Part shown: positions 31,238 to 32,000 of the stretch, one piece after another | Layout: each line of letters opens with the position of its first letter | Position numbering within the stretch: position 1 is the stretch's first letter | Assembly: GCA_000091165.1 (NCBI GenBank) | Contig: FP565575.1 | Location: 2,130,001 to 2,162,000 of the forward strand | DNA: 32,000 nt | DNA from: Candidatus Methylomirabilis oxygeniifera | Lineage (GTDB): Bacteria > Methylomirabilota > Methylomirabilia > Methylomirabilales > Methylomirabilaceae | Direction of reading: 5' to 3' | The notes under the pieces: model-generated | Seen by the model: only the letters and a program-made list of their open reading frames with translations | The model's database searches: none | Told to the model about the DNA's origin: nothing | Made by a program: the position numbers and the translations under genes

Positions 31238-31651
31238 TTACGAAGCCTCCTCCAGATCGATCAGGGCCCGGATAATATCGGTTTCCGTGATGATGCCGAC
31301 CAGCTTCGACTCCTTAACAACCGGGAGCGCCCCGATCCTCCTGTTCAGGAGCAGCCGGGCAGCATCCGCGATAGGCGTTTCCGGCGTAACCGTGACCACC
31401 TTCTTGGTCATGATCTCCTTTACCTTCAATTTTTCAAGCAGGTAGTGCACCTCGTAGATGGACAGGCTTGTAGCAGGAGAGGGGCGCGCAAGTCGAAAGT
31501 CCCGATCGGTGACAATCCCCAGTAGCTTGCTGTTATCGGTCACCAGTAGATGTCGAATCCCCTTTTTCTTCATCATGTACAGCGACGCATTGGCCCGTTC
31601 ATCTGGACCGACCGTCACCAGCTTGGTCTGCATATACCGTTTTACCAGCAT
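31238..31651 (-). CDS. CBS-pair domain protein (intact)
   Basis: 137 aa with two CBS motifs (MQTKLVTVGPDE...GIRHLLVTD...LLGIVTDRD and IMTKKVVTVTPETPIADAARLL...IGALPVV...LVGIITETDI). Confidence 0.9.
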   Translation of the reverse strand: MLVKRYMQTKLVTVGPDERANASLYMMKKKGIRHLLVTDNSKLLGIVTDRDFRLARPSPATSLSIYEVHYLLEKLKVKEIMTKKVVTVTPETPIADAARLLLNRRIGALPVVKESKLVGIITETDIIRALIDLEEAS

Positions 31652-31711
31652 CGCTTCTCCTTTACATTGAGACGGTTCTCATCGCTATCCTGCTCGCATT
31701 CATCTCTGAGC

Positions 31712-32000
31712 TTATCTGCCCCGTAGGCGACGAACGATGGCACCCAGGCGCTGCATCGCGGCCGAGTAGGTCCCTGGCGGGATCATCGCATCGATCAGGA
31801 TTGTGGCTGCGACATCCAGCGCCTCCACTAAGGCCCGCTCAAGCTCCTCGGCTGTGCGAACGCGAACGGCGCGAGCCCCAAGGCTTTCGGCCAGCCGCAC
31901 ATAGTCGGGGGTCGGCAGGTCGTACGATCGAGCGGGTCCATCCATCGCGGCCAGCATGCCATGGCTGTGATTGTTAAAGAGGATGACAATGGCGTGCAGG
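31712..32000 (-). CDS. thiamine-pyrophosphate-dependent enzyme (acetolactate-synthase-like), C-terminal part; 5' end outside the window
   Basis: The frame stays open to the window edge. It reads ...LHAIVILFNNHSHGMLAAMDG...YVRLAESLGARAVRVRTAEELERAL, typical of the TPP-binding C-domain. Confidence 0.75.
   Translation of the reverse strand, partial: LHAIVILFNNHSHGMLAAMDGPARSYDLPTPDYVRLAESLGARAVRVRTAEELERALVEALDVAATILIDAMIPPGTYSAAMQRLGAIVRRLRGR

Overview
GC-rich chromosome segment from a diderm bacterium; no rRNA, tRNA or CRISPR array found. There are five blocks.
(1) 0.3-2.1 kb (+): a translationally coupled HAD hydrolase and GHMP sugar kinase.
(2) 2.4-14.6 kb (-): a complete type II secretion (gsp) cluster, gspE | gspF-G-H-I-J-K-L-M-(C/PilP-like)-D, followed by a small secreted BamE-like protein.
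(3) 15.4-24.8 kb: core genes. These are a FabI-like SDR, a SnoaL-like protein, an ABM monooxygenase, two fused ABC exporters, a ParE/Phd pair, an AmmeMemoRadiSam-type radical SAM enzyme and a NAD malic enzyme.
(4) 24.8-31.2 kb: an accessory mosaic between the convergent malic-enzyme and CBS-domain genes. It holds two low-GC ORFs each followed by an attC-like imperfect palindrome, a 108-bp foldback element, a duplicated PNPOx-like gene, HigBA, Phd/ParE, a DUF4160(pseudo)/DUF2442 pair, a small-ORF/nucleotidyltransferase pair and an orphan BrnA. It also holds relic 3' ends of both flanking genes.
(5) 31.2-32.0 kb: an intact CBS-pair gene and the C-terminus of a TPP-dependent enzyme.
Two things stand out. 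First, four arrays of about 4 copies of different heptanucleotides sit in the leader-coding 5' ends of gspJ and gspK; the gspJ pair are inverted copies of each other. Second, truncated CBS and malic-enzyme 3' ends are fused head to head at 28548/28549. With two further CBS 3' copies and the PNPOx duplication, this looks like tandem or Campbell-type accretion of toxin-antitoxin (TA) cargo at one hotspot. All calls rest on reading the sequence and motif recall; no searches were run.
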